Below are positions 8,377 through 16,483 of a DNA stretch of 64,000 bases, in pieces. This DNA is from a virus, in the IMG/VR virus record IMGVR_UViG_3300007513_000007, positions 32,001-96,000 of that record; one strand, given 5' to 3'. The position numbers were made by a program, and so were the translations under genes. How positions within the stretch are numbered: position 1 is the stretch's first letter; every line of letters begins with the position of its first letter. Below the pieces are notes generated by a model that searched no databases, was not told the origin of the DNA, and was given only the letters and a program-made list of their open reading frames with translations.

Positions 8377-9726
8377 ATGGCCCCTCGCCCGAACAAAGCA
8401 GACGAATCCTGGCTCTCTGGAGCCAAGTACCGTGCAACCCACCAGAGCACCATCGACGGTGTGTTGGGTGCTGGTGTGCGCTCCGTCTCCAGCCGGGGGC
8501 AGAACTTCTACAACAAGGACAAGTGGCCTGCACGCCAGTTCACTGCTGCCTTCTGTAAGTGGGCTGCGTCCAACCCTGACAACAGCATCCCGCTGACCCC
8601 CGAGATCGTGCGGGCCTTCTGTCTGGCCGGGAACGAGGACCTCCCCTGTTGGGAGCACCCCGAGATCGTCATCGCCTCTACGCCTGACAACCTCTCTGCT
8701 TTCATGCGGGATGCTCTGGTTGGCGGTGGCTACCATGAGGCATGGCACACAGAGTACAGCCGTCGTGCTGACCTCGACGTGGCTGAAGTCTGGAACCGTA
8801 TCGAGTCCCTGTGGGGCCTCGTCCCGAACTGGGCACCCTACGTCAAGGCGTTGCTCACCTGGGGCAACATCATCGAGGACATTCGCATCGAGCGTTGCGG
8901 GTGCCGCAAGTACCCTGGCTCCCCCAAGAAGATGGAGGCTCTGCAAGACCTCATTCTCATGCAGGAAGAGAAGGGCCGTGAAGCCTCCGAGCACCGTGGG
9001 CTTCCCACGAACGATGACATGGCTACGGTTGTCGGCACCTTCCGGGACCTGGGCCTGGGATACGACACGACGCGCCAGAACGCCGCCTACACGCAGTACC
9101 AGCGCCGTAGCTCCCAAGGGTATGCCCTCGTCACTGAAGGCCCTCTGCGGCCCCTCCTGGACCGCGCAATCGCCCTTGGAGACGAGGATGACATGGAGCA
9201 CCTCTGGATCGCTATGGAAGTAGTGGCAGTGCTTGTGGCTCTCGGCCAGCCTCCCCAGGAAGGTGACGGTCCCGAAGGTGACGGTCCTGGCGATCCTCCT
9301 CAAGACCAGGATGCCACTTGCCCCAAGTGTCGGAGCAAGGACGTGGTGTACCGTCCCTCGCAGAAGGTCATCCACTGCAACGCCTGTGGCTTCGAGCAGA
9401 AGATGGAAGAAGGCGGCGGCGGCGGCGGCAAGGGACCTTCCGTGAACGTGAAGGTGGACCCCAACGATCCCGGTGCCCAAGACGAGGGTAGTGAGTCTGG
9501 TGAGTCCAGCGAGTCTGGCGAAGGTCAGGAAGGCGAAGGTCAGGAAGGCGAAGGCTCTGGCGAGGGCGGTAGCAGCGACAAGAAGCCTGTCTTCAAGGTC
9601 GGTGACCGTGCCCGAGTCAAGGCTGGCCCCCTGGCTGGCAAGACGGTCGAGGTGACCTCTGCCTCCGCACCTGACAGCGAGGGTAACCAGGAACTTCAGT
9701 ACGCAGTGGTGGAGGATGCAGCGTAG
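8377..9726 (+). CDS. CobT-like N-terminal half: HExxH domain, Zn ribbon, acidic linker, KOW-like tail
   Basis: YHEAWH, NIIEDIRIE, CPKC..CNAC, G/E-rich linker, FKVGDRARVKAGPLAGKTVEV. Confidence 0.8.
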   Translation: MAPRPNKADESWLSGAKYRATHQSTIDGVLGAGVRSVSSRGQNFYNKDKWPARQFTAAFCKWAASNPDNSIPLTPEIVRAFCLAGNEDLPCWEHPEIVIASTPDNLSAFMRDALVGGGYHEAWHTEYSRRADLDVAEVWNRIESLWGLVPNWAPYVKALLTWGNIIEDIRIERCGCRKYPGSPKKMEALQDLILMQEEKGREASEHRGLPTNDDMATVVGTFRDLGLGYDTTRQNAAYTQYQRRSSQGYALVTEGPLRPLLDRAIALGDEDDMEHLWIAMEVVAVLVALGQPPQEGDGPEGDGPGDPPQDQDATCPKCRSKDVVYRPSQKVIHCNACGFEQKMEEGGGGGGKGPSVNVKVDPNDPGAQDEGSESGESSESGEGQEGEGQEGEGSGEGGSSDKKPVFKVGDRARVKAGPLAGKTVEVTSASAPDSEGNQELQYAVVEDAA

Positions 9727-9754
9727 GGGGTTCCCCCTCCCTCGTTGCCCCGTA
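9727..9754 (+). promoter_or_regulatory. class I promoter motif
   Basis: exact match between the two CobT-like halves. Confidence 0.8.
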
Positions 9755-9775
9755 GAGAGTCCAAGGAGAGTTCTC

Positions 9776-11185
9776 ATGTCTATGTCCATTCTGCTCAAGC
9801 TCGGTGAAGCCATCTTTGGCACCAACAACGACCTGTCCCTCATCAGCGATGGTGAAGGTGGAGAGGGCACTGATGGTGACGGCGAAGGCGAGGGCGGTGA
9901 GCAGGACGGCCCCGAAGGTGGCGACGAAGGCCAGCCCGGTGACGGTGAGGGCAAGGACGGCGAAGGGAAGGGCAAGGGCCAACCCCAAGCTGGAAATGAG
10001 TTCTCTGGCGAGATTGGCGAAGGTGACACCACCTCTGACACCACAGGCCAGCACACCAACGGCGCTGGCGGGCACTGTGATTCAGGCTCTGCCCGTGACG
10101 ACAGGGCTATTGCCCAAGCACTCCTCGCAGCCATCGAGAACGGCGAACTGTCCGGTCTGGTGGACAACAACGATGCTCTTGGTGACGCCTTGGGTGAACT
10201 CCGGGACAAGGACCAGCCCTGTGAGGATAACGAGAAGCCCTGGAACCCCTATGACCGCTCCTCTGACACCGTAGAGCTTGTGAGAGCGCGTTCTGGTGAC
10301 AAGGAGCACGCTCTGCGCCTTGCCAACTCGGTGAAGAAGGAAGTGGCTGCTATCCGCACACGCCTCCGTTCCAAGTTCCTCCAGAACCGTGGTCGCCGCA
10401 CCATTCATGGTGTTCAGAACGGTCGTGGACTGTCCGAGCGCCGTCTGGTCCAGAGCATGGTCGAGATCACCGCAGGGTCCCGTCCTACTCGCCCTGACTA
10501 CACCAAGGTTCGCAAGCCTGACTGCTCGCTGGCTGTGGCCATCGTCCTCGATGAGTCTGGTTCAATGGGAAGCCACCTCCGGGATGCCTCTCGCGCCATG
10601 ATGGCGATTGCAGAGCCTCTGGATGCAGTGGGCGCTCCGGTCATGGCCATCGGCTTCCGTGATAGCAGCGGTTCGGGACACCACCCCAACCGTGACGAGA
10701 TTTATGCTCCCGACGGCAGCTACAACTTCCATCGCTGGGGAAGCATCCGCATCGACGTGTTCAAGCAGTGGGACGAGAAGTGGCGCAAGGTGATGCCCCG
10801 TATGGCGCGTACACGGGCCACAGGAGGCACTCCGATGTCTGATGGCGTCCAGTATGCCCTCCAGGCCCTCTCCGAGCGTCCAGAGCGCCACAGGGTCATG
10901 CTGGTCATCACTGATGGCTACCCGAATGGAGGCCACGCAGAGGTCATCAAGCGCCAGATCCGTATCGCACGGGAAGCAGGTATCGCTATCGTCGGTATCG
11001 GCATCGACTCGGGCTGCGATGCAGTGTCCCACCACTTCGACCTCTCGGTTCAGTGCCACGACATCTCCCAGCTTCCCAAGAACCTGCTGGACGTGCTGGA
11101 GGAGATCGTCTTCCCCTCCAAGTCCAAGAAGGCTGTCATCGACACCAAGATGAAGCAGTTGAAGGGGCGCAGGAAGAGTGCTTGA
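9776..11185 (+). CDS. VWA-domain protein (CobT-like C-terminal half)
   Basis: MIDAS LDESGSM, GGTPM, LVITDG; acidic G/D/E-rich N-terminus; start re-picked at ATG 9776 after AAGGAG. Confidence 0.9.
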   Translation: MSMSILLKLGEAIFGTNNDLSLISDGEGGEGTDGDGEGEGGEQDGPEGGDEGQPGDGEGKDGEGKGKGQPQAGNEFSGEIGEGDTTSDTTGQHTNGAGGHCDSGSARDDRAIAQALLAAIENGELSGLVDNNDALGDALGELRDKDQPCEDNEKPWNPYDRSSDTVELVRARSGDKEHALRLANSVKKEVAAIRTRLRSKFLQNRGRRTIHGVQNGRGLSERRLVQSMVEITAGSRPTRPDYTKVRKPDCSLAVAIVLDESGSMGSHLRDASRAMMAIAEPLDAVGAPVMAIGFRDSSGSGHHPNRDEIYAPDGSYNFHRWGSIRIDVFKQWDEKWRKVMPRMARTRATGGTPMSDGVQYALQALSERPERHRVMLVITDGYPNGGHAEVIKRQIRIAREAGIAIVGIGIDSGCDAVSHHFDLSVQCHDISQLPKNLLDVLEEIVFPSKSKKAVIDTKMKQLKGRRKSA

Positions 11186-11191
11186 AAGAGG

Positions 11192-11219
11192 GGGGTTCCC
11201 GCTCGGAGCCTCTCCCGTA
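11192..11219 (+). promoter_or_regulatory. class I promoter motif
   Basis: exact match directly upstream of an ORF-less structured region. Confidence 0.8.
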
Positions 11220-11226
11220 TAGAGGT

Positions 11227-11830
11227 CAGCACAGCGAGACACCTCGCTGGTAAGTCTCAAGTCCTTGGTCTTTGTTGACCCTGACTGGAAGTGCTGGCTC
11301 ACATGGGACGTTCGAGATCGAAACCATGCAGCGCGGACGGATACGGAGAGAAGACCAGGGCAACCTCTTTGACATTCAAGTAAGTGTTTTGAGTAGCGAT
11401 CCGTATGGTCAGGGGTAAGGAAACGACCCCTCTTGGTGAGTTAGAGTCTCATCCGGTTCAAAGTAACCGAAGGGCGAATCGAGAGCAGCCCGACCCTCTA
11501 TAAGTGCCGCGCAACCCGTGACGAGCGGGGGAGGGTGCGGATTGAAGGTTCCTGTGGCGGTCGCGAACGTCACAGAAGCACCTTGGGGCGGGAGCCTCAA
11601 GGGGAACAGAAGCACGGCCCACTCTGTGGAGGCCATATCCAGGTCAGAAGCAGAGCGTCGTGTTCTACTCAAAACCCTTACTTGAATGCCAAGGAAACGC
11701 ATCACCAATAGAGCCGTTGATCCGCTTGATTGCGAGTAAAGGACCCCGCCAGGGGTCAGACGGTCATGTTCTCGGACGAAGGGTGATGTAGCGAGACAGC
11801 CTGCCGAGATTCAGGTCCTCGCTTCCCTTG
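11227..11830 (+). ncRNA. candidate large structured ncRNA 1 (family unknown)
   Basis: No credible ORF; 26/28-bp long-range helix 11369-11396/11665-11692; about 8 further hairpins, one capped by a GGGA tetraloop; CAGAAGCA x3; own promoter motif. Ends approximate. Confidence 0.75.
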
Positions 11831-11919
11831 GACCTCGGACATATTCTGTCCGGGTTCCATAAAATCGCCCCTCTGGGGGTGTACAAGCCCGATTCTGTGA
11901 TAAGATTTATTTCGAGAGG

Positions 11920-11947
11920 GGGGTTCCCCACAGTTCCTCCCTCCGTA
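11920..11947 (+). promoter_or_regulatory. class I promoter motif
   Basis: exact match upstream of 12014. Confidence 0.8.
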
Positions 11948-12013
11948 TTGAGACCATCACCCCATCACCCCAGCGCCTCAACCCATTCCGGGTGCAGGCC
12001 AAAGGAGTTCCGA

Positions 12014-12820
12014 ATGACCATCGACGCCACCAACGCATCTTCCTTCGCCACCGCAGCCGCTCTCGCAGAAGCTCGGAACGGCACCTTCACCGGCCTGATC
12101 ACCACCAAGCGTGGCAAGGTCGTGGGTGGAACCCTCTACGGTGACGACACCGTTCACGCCGTCATCATCACTGGCTTCAGCTACATGGGTCTGGTCGAGC
12201 GTTCGCTCGCCAAGCTCCAGGCCATGTCTGCTGCTGACCTCGCTGCCCTCGTGGCCGACGGTCGGGAAGGCTACGACAGCCGCAAGAAGACTGCGAGCCT
12301 CGTGGCCCTCACTCAGGCTGACTACGTTGCCGCTCGCGATGCCCTCGTGGCTTCCTTCCAGAAGACTCTGGCGGGCACCAACAGCGCCACGACCGATCAC
12401 GTCTATGAGTCCCTTCAGGTTCTCCACGACGACGGCACGGTCGAGAGCGTCCGGGGCGCACGGGTCTACCGCTGCGTGGCTTCCAACCCCAACCACGAGT
12501 GCAAGTGCCGCGACTGCTCCGGTGACAAGCGTGCCCCCGTGGACGGTCAGGTGAACCTCTCTGGCCTGCTCATCGGCTCCAAGGTCATCACTGCTGCTGC
12601 TAACGGCCCCAAGCCTGCTGCCCGGAGTGGCGTGGCGACCGTCGCCAAGAACGCTCTTCGGAGCCGCCTGCCCATCAGCCGCTACGTCAGCTACCGTCTG
12701 GAGCAGGGTGGTTCCTGGATTCTGAACGCAGGTGGCACCGCTGCCGCAGCCGCCACCAACGGTGCGGTGACCTTCAACGAGGACCGTGTGGCTGATGCCC
12801 TCGACCTCCTGGTTGCCTAA
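12014..12820 (+). CDS. hypothetical protein (Ala/Thr-rich, C..C..H.C.C..C cluster)
   Basis: start re-picked at ATG 12014 after AAGGAG; strongly biased codon usage. Confidence 0.85.
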   Translation: MTIDATNASSFATAAALAEARNGTFTGLITTKRGKVVGGTLYGDDTVHAVIITGFSYMGLVERSLAKLQAMSAADLAALVADGREGYDSRKKTASLVALTQADYVAARDALVASFQKTLAGTNSATTDHVYESLQVLHDDGTVESVRGARVYRCVASNPNHECKCRDCSGDKRAPVDGQVNLSGLLIGSKVITAAANGPKPAARSGVATVAKNALRSRLPISRYVSYRLEQGGSWILNAGGTAAAAATNGAVTFNEDRVADALDLLVA

Positions 12821-12840
12821 ACCTCAACCTCTAACCAACT

Positions 12841-12868
12841 GAACCCCCGTCCCTGTGGCGGGGGTTCT
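12841..12868 (+). terminator. hairpin, probable terminator
   Basis: GAACCCCCG/CGGGGGTTC stem just after the 12820 stop; its 3-prime arm doubles as a degenerate class I -35 box. Confidence 0.55.
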
Positions 12869-12919
12869 TGCGTCTCGTGTCCGGGTAGTAGAGGGAGGGC
12901 CTCTTGCTGGAGGTGTGCC

Positions 12920-13246
12920 ATCCCTATCTGGCCCAACACAGAACCCGGAACACAACAGAGCACCATTCTCGACTGGCTCTATGAGAACGGTCCAGACTTC
13001 ACCCCCACCACCGCCTCCATCGCTGATCACCTTGGGTTCGAGCGCAAGTACCGAACCAAGCGTGGCAAGGGTGGGTCAGTGCAGTGGCAACTGATCGCGG
13101 ATCCTGACGTGAACCTGGAGGCCCACGAGGAGCATCTCCTCGCCCACAAGATCCAGGAGGTACGGATGCGACGACTCGAACAACGCATCAAGGTTCTCGA
13201 AGACTTGATCCTGGAGATGGGGTCCCGCCTCGAAGACGCTCCATAG
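12920..13246 (+). CDS. HTH-like/coiled-coil hypothetical protein, non-canonical start
   Basis: Open frame IPIWPNTEPGTQQSTILDWLYENG..TTASIADHLG..RMRRLEQRIKVLEDLILEMG; GGAGG lies 6 nt before ATC 12920; no in-frame ATG/GTG/TTG near the 5-prime end. Confidence 0.6.
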   Translation: MPIWPNTEPGTQQSTILDWLYENGPDFTPTTASIADHLGFERKYRTKRGKGGSVQWQLIADPDVNLEAHEEHLLAHKIQEVRMRRLEQRIKVLEDLILEMGSRLEDAP

Positions 13247-13256
13247 GGGACAACCC

Positions 13257-13478
13257 TTATTCAGAGTCGCTGGAGTCGCGTTTCTTGGTGAGCAGTCCGA
13301 GCGCAGCACGAGCAATCATGACAGTTCCAGCAAGCTGGTGCGCCGCCTCGCCGCTTTGGATGACGCCCTTGGCTTGGTCCCACCACACCGAGAGTTGAGC
13401 ACAAGCTCCAAAGGCACGAGCCACCTTGACAGGGTCATGGCCGCAGGCGGGGCAAGGTCGATGGGATCGGTCAGTCAT
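13257..13478 (-). CDS. hypothetical protein with CPAC motif
   Basis: 73 aa ORF, RBS GGAGG. Confidence 0.7.
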   Translation of the reverse strand: MTDRSHRPCPACGHDPVKVARAFGACAQLSVWWDQAKGVIQSGEAAHQLAGTVMIARAALGLLTKKRDSSDSE

Positions 13479-13511
13479 TCTCTTCCCTCCTCCCTACGAA
13501 GACAAAAGGCT

Positions 13512-13648
13512 CACCACCGGCAGTGGTCTGCAACACCACCGGCAGTGGTTTCCTGAAGCAACGCGGGAGTCACACCCACCTGTCCCGAGACGACACGAAG
13601 CGACAAGAGACGACAAGAGACGACAAGAGACGACACGAGGTGTCCCGA
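13512..13648. repeat. 16-bp direct repeat x2 plus 10-bp tandem repeat x5
   Basis: CACCACCGGCAGTGGT at 13512 and 13534; CGACA(A/C)GA(G/A)(A/G) at 13591-13640 flanked by TGTCCCGA. Confidence 0.85.
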
Positions 13649-13832
13649 CGGGATGGACAAGAACTGGTTTGTCCGTCCCGTCGGCAGCCTGAATCAGTTT
13701 CACTGTGCCCATGCAGCCGAGCGTCACACGAGAACTCGCCAGCGATTTTGCTGGCGAACCCCGTTCGGTATGATTTCAACACCAGCTTGATGGCTGCTAC
13801 CCATAATCGCCGTTTTCAGCGTTCTACGAGAG

Positions 13833-14501
13833 GTGGTTCATATCGAAACACCTCTCACGCAACATGGACAACCCCCCGTGAAACTCCCCGCAAGCAACAC
13901 CCCAAGCAACACGGAGCCAGTAAGCCTCGCGGTGTCCCTACTGAACCAACCCTTCCTTCAGTACGAGAGGAAGCCTGCTACACAGAAAGCTCTCTCTGGA
14001 CCGCCTACGGACCCAACGTGGTGGATTCCATACAGGGACAGGGCACTCCTACATACATGCCTATGGACAGGGTGGGGTATGAACCCTCTCCTCCAGGTAT
14101 CCCTACAGCAAGCAAAGGACGCCCTCGAAGACTCTCCACTTGCTTCAAGCCTCATCCCCGAACCTCTATGGAACGACTGCTGGGAATCTCTCCAGCTATG
14201 GGAACAGGCAGCCAACCTCCTGGTATGCACACCCAAGCATCGCTACTGTGGAAATCACCTGCTATTCATCTCCCGAAAGCACACAGACCTTTCCAGGTAT
14301 CCCGGAGGACGTGTCTCTTGCAGGGAGTCTCTCTGGCGCACCTTCCACCGAATCAGGGAGGGACTCACCATCACGGAGATCCAGGAAGTGAGTGCTTCTC
14401 TCTCTGAAGTGTCTGGTATCAGTCTTCCCTCTCCCCCTCCAAGCAGACCTCGGGTATTCACTCCGCGATCTATGGCCCTGTGGCTCTCCTCGCAGAAGTA
14501 G
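13833..14501 (+). CDS. possible hypothetical protein
   Basis: 222 aa frame ends just before a class I motif, but codon usage is atypical and the start is unclear. Confidence 0.35.
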   Translation: MVHIETPLTQHGQPPVKLPASNTPSNTEPVSLAVSLLNQPFLQYERKPATQKALSGPPTDPTWWIPYRDRALLHTCLWTGWGMNPLLQVSLQQAKDALEDSPLASSLIPEPLWNDCWESLQLWEQAANLLVCTPKHRYCGNHLLFISRKHTDLSRYPGGRVSCRESLWRTFHRIREGLTITEIQEVSASLSEVSGISLPSPPPSRPRVFTPRSMALWLSSQK

Positions 14502-14502
14502 G

Positions 14503-14530
14503 GGGGTTCTTACTGCTCTCCAAAAACGTA
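14503..14530 (+). promoter_or_regulatory. class I promoter motif (GGGGTTCT variant)
   Basis: N16 spacing to CGTAGAGAG upstream of 14560. Confidence 0.75.
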
Positions 14531-14559
14531 GAGAGCAAGAAGACAAGGAGTTGATCCCC

Positions 14560-15021
14560 ATGCCCTCTGACCTCTACGACCTCTTTGGAACCAAGACCGA
14601 GGGACCTGCGGGTGCCCCTTACACCAAAGGGTCCATCACCTCTATGGAAGCTGCTGAAGCCATCGCTGACGTTGCTGGTAGGCTACGCAGGCAGGTGTAC
14701 CAGTACATCGTGTCCTGTGGCGCTTCAGGCACTACGGATGATGCTGCTGAAGTAGCCCTCGACATGAAGCACACCACTTACACTGCCCGTAGGGGTGAAC
14801 TGGTCAAGCGGGGACTCGTTGCTGACTCTGGGCACAAGGCAAAGACCCGTTCTGGCCGTAGGGCTACCATCTGGGTTGCCGTGAACCCCAAGAACGCTGC
14901 GAACCTCAAGGAAGTGTCGGACCTCAACAAGATCCGCACCAAGCTGAAGGGCAAGGTCAGCAAGATGTCCGAGGAACAGTGCGAAAAGGTCCTCAACGCC
15001 ATTGAAGGCTGGGGGCTGTAG
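14560..15021 (+). CDS. winged-helix DNA-binding protein
   Basis: RRQVYQYIV..GTTDD..EVALDMKHTTYTARRGELVKRGLV.DSG..TRSGR.A.IW; RBS AAGGAG. Confidence 0.8.
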   Translation: MPSDLYDLFGTKTEGPAGAPYTKGSITSMEAAEAIADVAGRLRRQVYQYIVSCGASGTTDDAAEVALDMKHTTYTARRGELVKRGLVADSGHKAKTRSGRRATIWVAVNPKNAANLKEVSDLNKIRTKLKGKVSKMSEEQCEKVLNAIEGWGL

Positions 15022-15026
15022 CGCAT

Positions 15027-15251
15027 ATGTCTGATTGGGAACACCAACACACGATGGGGGAGATCCAAGAACCCTTGAAGGTCGAACTCGATGAGAACGG
15101 TACGACCCTCTTTGACATCAACCTGGGCAGCTATGTCCTCTTTGATGGCGAGGGTCGGTGTCTCCTCATCCAGAAGGACTTGCCCTTCCCCCCGGAGTAC
15201 TTGCCTGACGAGTACACCATCCTCCAGGTCGTGGAGAAGGTCGAGAAGTAG
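15027..15251 (+). CDS. hypothetical protein
   Basis: 74 aa ORF downstream in operon. Confidence 0.7.
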   Translation: MSDWEHQHTMGEIQEPLKVELDENGTTLFDINLGSYVLFDGEGRCLLIQKDLPFPPEYLPDEYTILQVVEKVEK

Positions 15252-15254
15252 GGC

Positions 15255-15716
15255 TTACCCCAGGATCTGCAAAGGCCCCGGCCCCACATCCAGAACCGCA
15301 TCGCACTCCCAGACATACTCAAAGCCTGAGTCCGTCAGCCTGAACCACACCGTGGTGTTGTCCGCTGTACGCCTGCCACGAAAGAGCATGTTCTCAGCCG
15401 GGGGAGGGAACTCTTCGTCTGTGTGGTACTGGGAGGTATGAAGCCCGTCGATTCCGGGCATCTCGTGCCCTACGCTTGGCTCCCACCCGCGTCCCCGGCC
15501 CAACTCGTACTGCTCTCGAACGTGTGCGTTGCTGGAAACATTGCTGACGAGGTGCCATGTCAGGAACCTTTCCGGGCCTTCCCACCTGCTGATGCACCCC
15601 TCGAAGCCTTCCTCAAGCTGGATGACGCCGATGGAGTAGCCTGACGGGTGGGGATTTACGGTTTGGGCTTCTTCGCGGCTTAGCGAGTTGTAGCCATCGT
15701 CACTGTGTAGGCGCAT
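15255..15716 (-). CDS. hypothetical protein
   Basis: 153 aa ORF, RBS GGAGG, class I variant upstream. Confidence 0.75.
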   Translation of the reverse strand: MRLHSDDGYNSLSREEAQTVNPHPSGYSIGVIQLEEGFEGCISRWEGPERFLTWHLVSNVSSNAHVREQYELGRGRGWEPSVGHEMPGIDGLHTSQYHTDEEFPPPAENMLFRGRRTADNTTVWFRLTDSGFEYVWECDAVLDVGPGPLQILG

Positions 15717-15741
15717 GGTGCTCCCCTCCTTCTACCCTCCT

Positions 15742-15805
15742 TACGGGGGAATCCGAATCGTGGAACCTACGAGAGTGGGGGTTCCCCCTGGCTTTTCGAG
15801 CCGTA
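15742..15805. promoter_or_regulatory. divergent pair of class I motifs
   Basis: TAGGTTCC-N16-CGTA minus at 15742-15769; exact match plus at 15778-15805. Confidence 0.75.
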
Positions 15806-15813
15806 GGGAACTC

Positions 15814-15990
15814 ATGGACACTTACAAATCCCGCATCATCAAATGCCCTGGCCGCAGATGCTTCTGCTTTGGCCCCGGCTACCCCTGCGACCGTGAATCC
15901 TCAAGCAAACGCAAGGCTGCCCGTCTTGCCCGTCGTCGCCTCAAAACCGACGACCGCAAAACCTTCCGACGCCACACCCTTCCTCGTTAG
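15814..15990 (+). CDS. small Cys/Arg-rich protein (58 aa)
   Basis: MDTYKSRIIKCPGRRCFC...KRKAARLARRRLK; directly after a class I motif. Confidence 0.6.
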   Translation: MDTYKSRIIKCPGRRCFCFGPGYPCDRESSSKRKAARLARRRLKTDDRKTFRRHTLPR

Positions 15991-16027
15991 GGTTCCTATC
16001 CGCACCTACGGGTATAGGAGAACCCTC

Positions 16028-16483
16028 ATGAAGACACCCTCACCTATCCCTTCGCTCCCAACCGACAGGAAGGGGTTGATTCGCATGGCTTCGGAACTCC
16101 CCCTCGGTGACCGGAAGCGTAGAGCTATCCTGTCTGGGTTGAAGGCTGGCGCTGGGAAGACCGCCAAGATTGACGACGAGGATCTAAACAAGGTTCTCAT
16201 TGTGATGAAGGCTCATGTAAGCAGACGCCCTGACAAGGGTTGGCGGATGATGGCCGCGCCCGAAGACGCGGCTTCTGGGCCAGCCGATTCTGGCATTGTC
16301 GCTGACTGGCTGGGCTGGGGTGGCGGTGCAGCTACAACTGCTTTGAGGGTGCTTCAGAGACAAGGGCTTGTGAACTCTGTAAAGGGCCGCACACGCAAGA
16401 ATCGGTGGTATTTGACCCCCAAGGGTTTGCAAGCGGCGGTGAGGGCGAAGACCACAACGAAACTGGCCCAGAAGAAGCCCTGA
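16028..16483 (+). CDS. winged-helix-like protein with DRKGLIRMAS..RRAILSGL tag
   Basis: start ATG 16028 after AGGAG; TALRVLQRQGLV..WYLTPKG; class II variant CGTT-N7-CTAT at 15985-15999. Confidence 0.8.
   Translation: MKTPSPIPSLPTDRKGLIRMASELPLGDRKRRAILSGLKAGAGKTAKIDDEDLNKVLIVMKAHVSRRPDKGWRMMAAPEDAASGPADSGIVADWLGWGGGAATTALRVLQRQGLVNSVKGRTRKNRWYLTPKGLQAAVRAKTTTKLAQKKP

Noticed and set aside
8332-10209. 625-aa minus-strand ORF and similar long antisense frames (4877..5791, 5901..7082, 21382..22482, 51755..52528, 61899..63302)
   Set aside because: Shadows of GC3-rich genes on the opposite strand, which carry the motifs, RBSs and promoters.
11286-11620. RNase P-like words in ncRNA 1 (GGAAGTGCTGGCTC and AACAGAAGCACGGC)
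   Set aside because: They resemble CR-I and CR-V, but the P4 helix with its bulged U cannot be formed between them.
11709-11775. Group II intron domain V-like start AGAGCCG
   Set aside because: No matching CGGUUC strand or AY end, no GUGYG start, and no interrupted gene or RT.
13076-13315. Minus-strand 79-aa ORF
   Set aside because: In-register antisense of the plus-strand 12920..13246 frame, which has better codon bias and an upstream RBS/promoter.
13581-13648. Possible CRISPR array (also 53919-53963 and the CAGAAGCA units)
   Set aside because: Repeats are adjacent or too short, there are no unique spacers of uniform length, and no cas genes are present.
13523-14407. 294-aa plus-strand ORF
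   Set aside because: Runs through the tandem repeats, has S/T/P/R-rich non-protein-like composition and no RBS.
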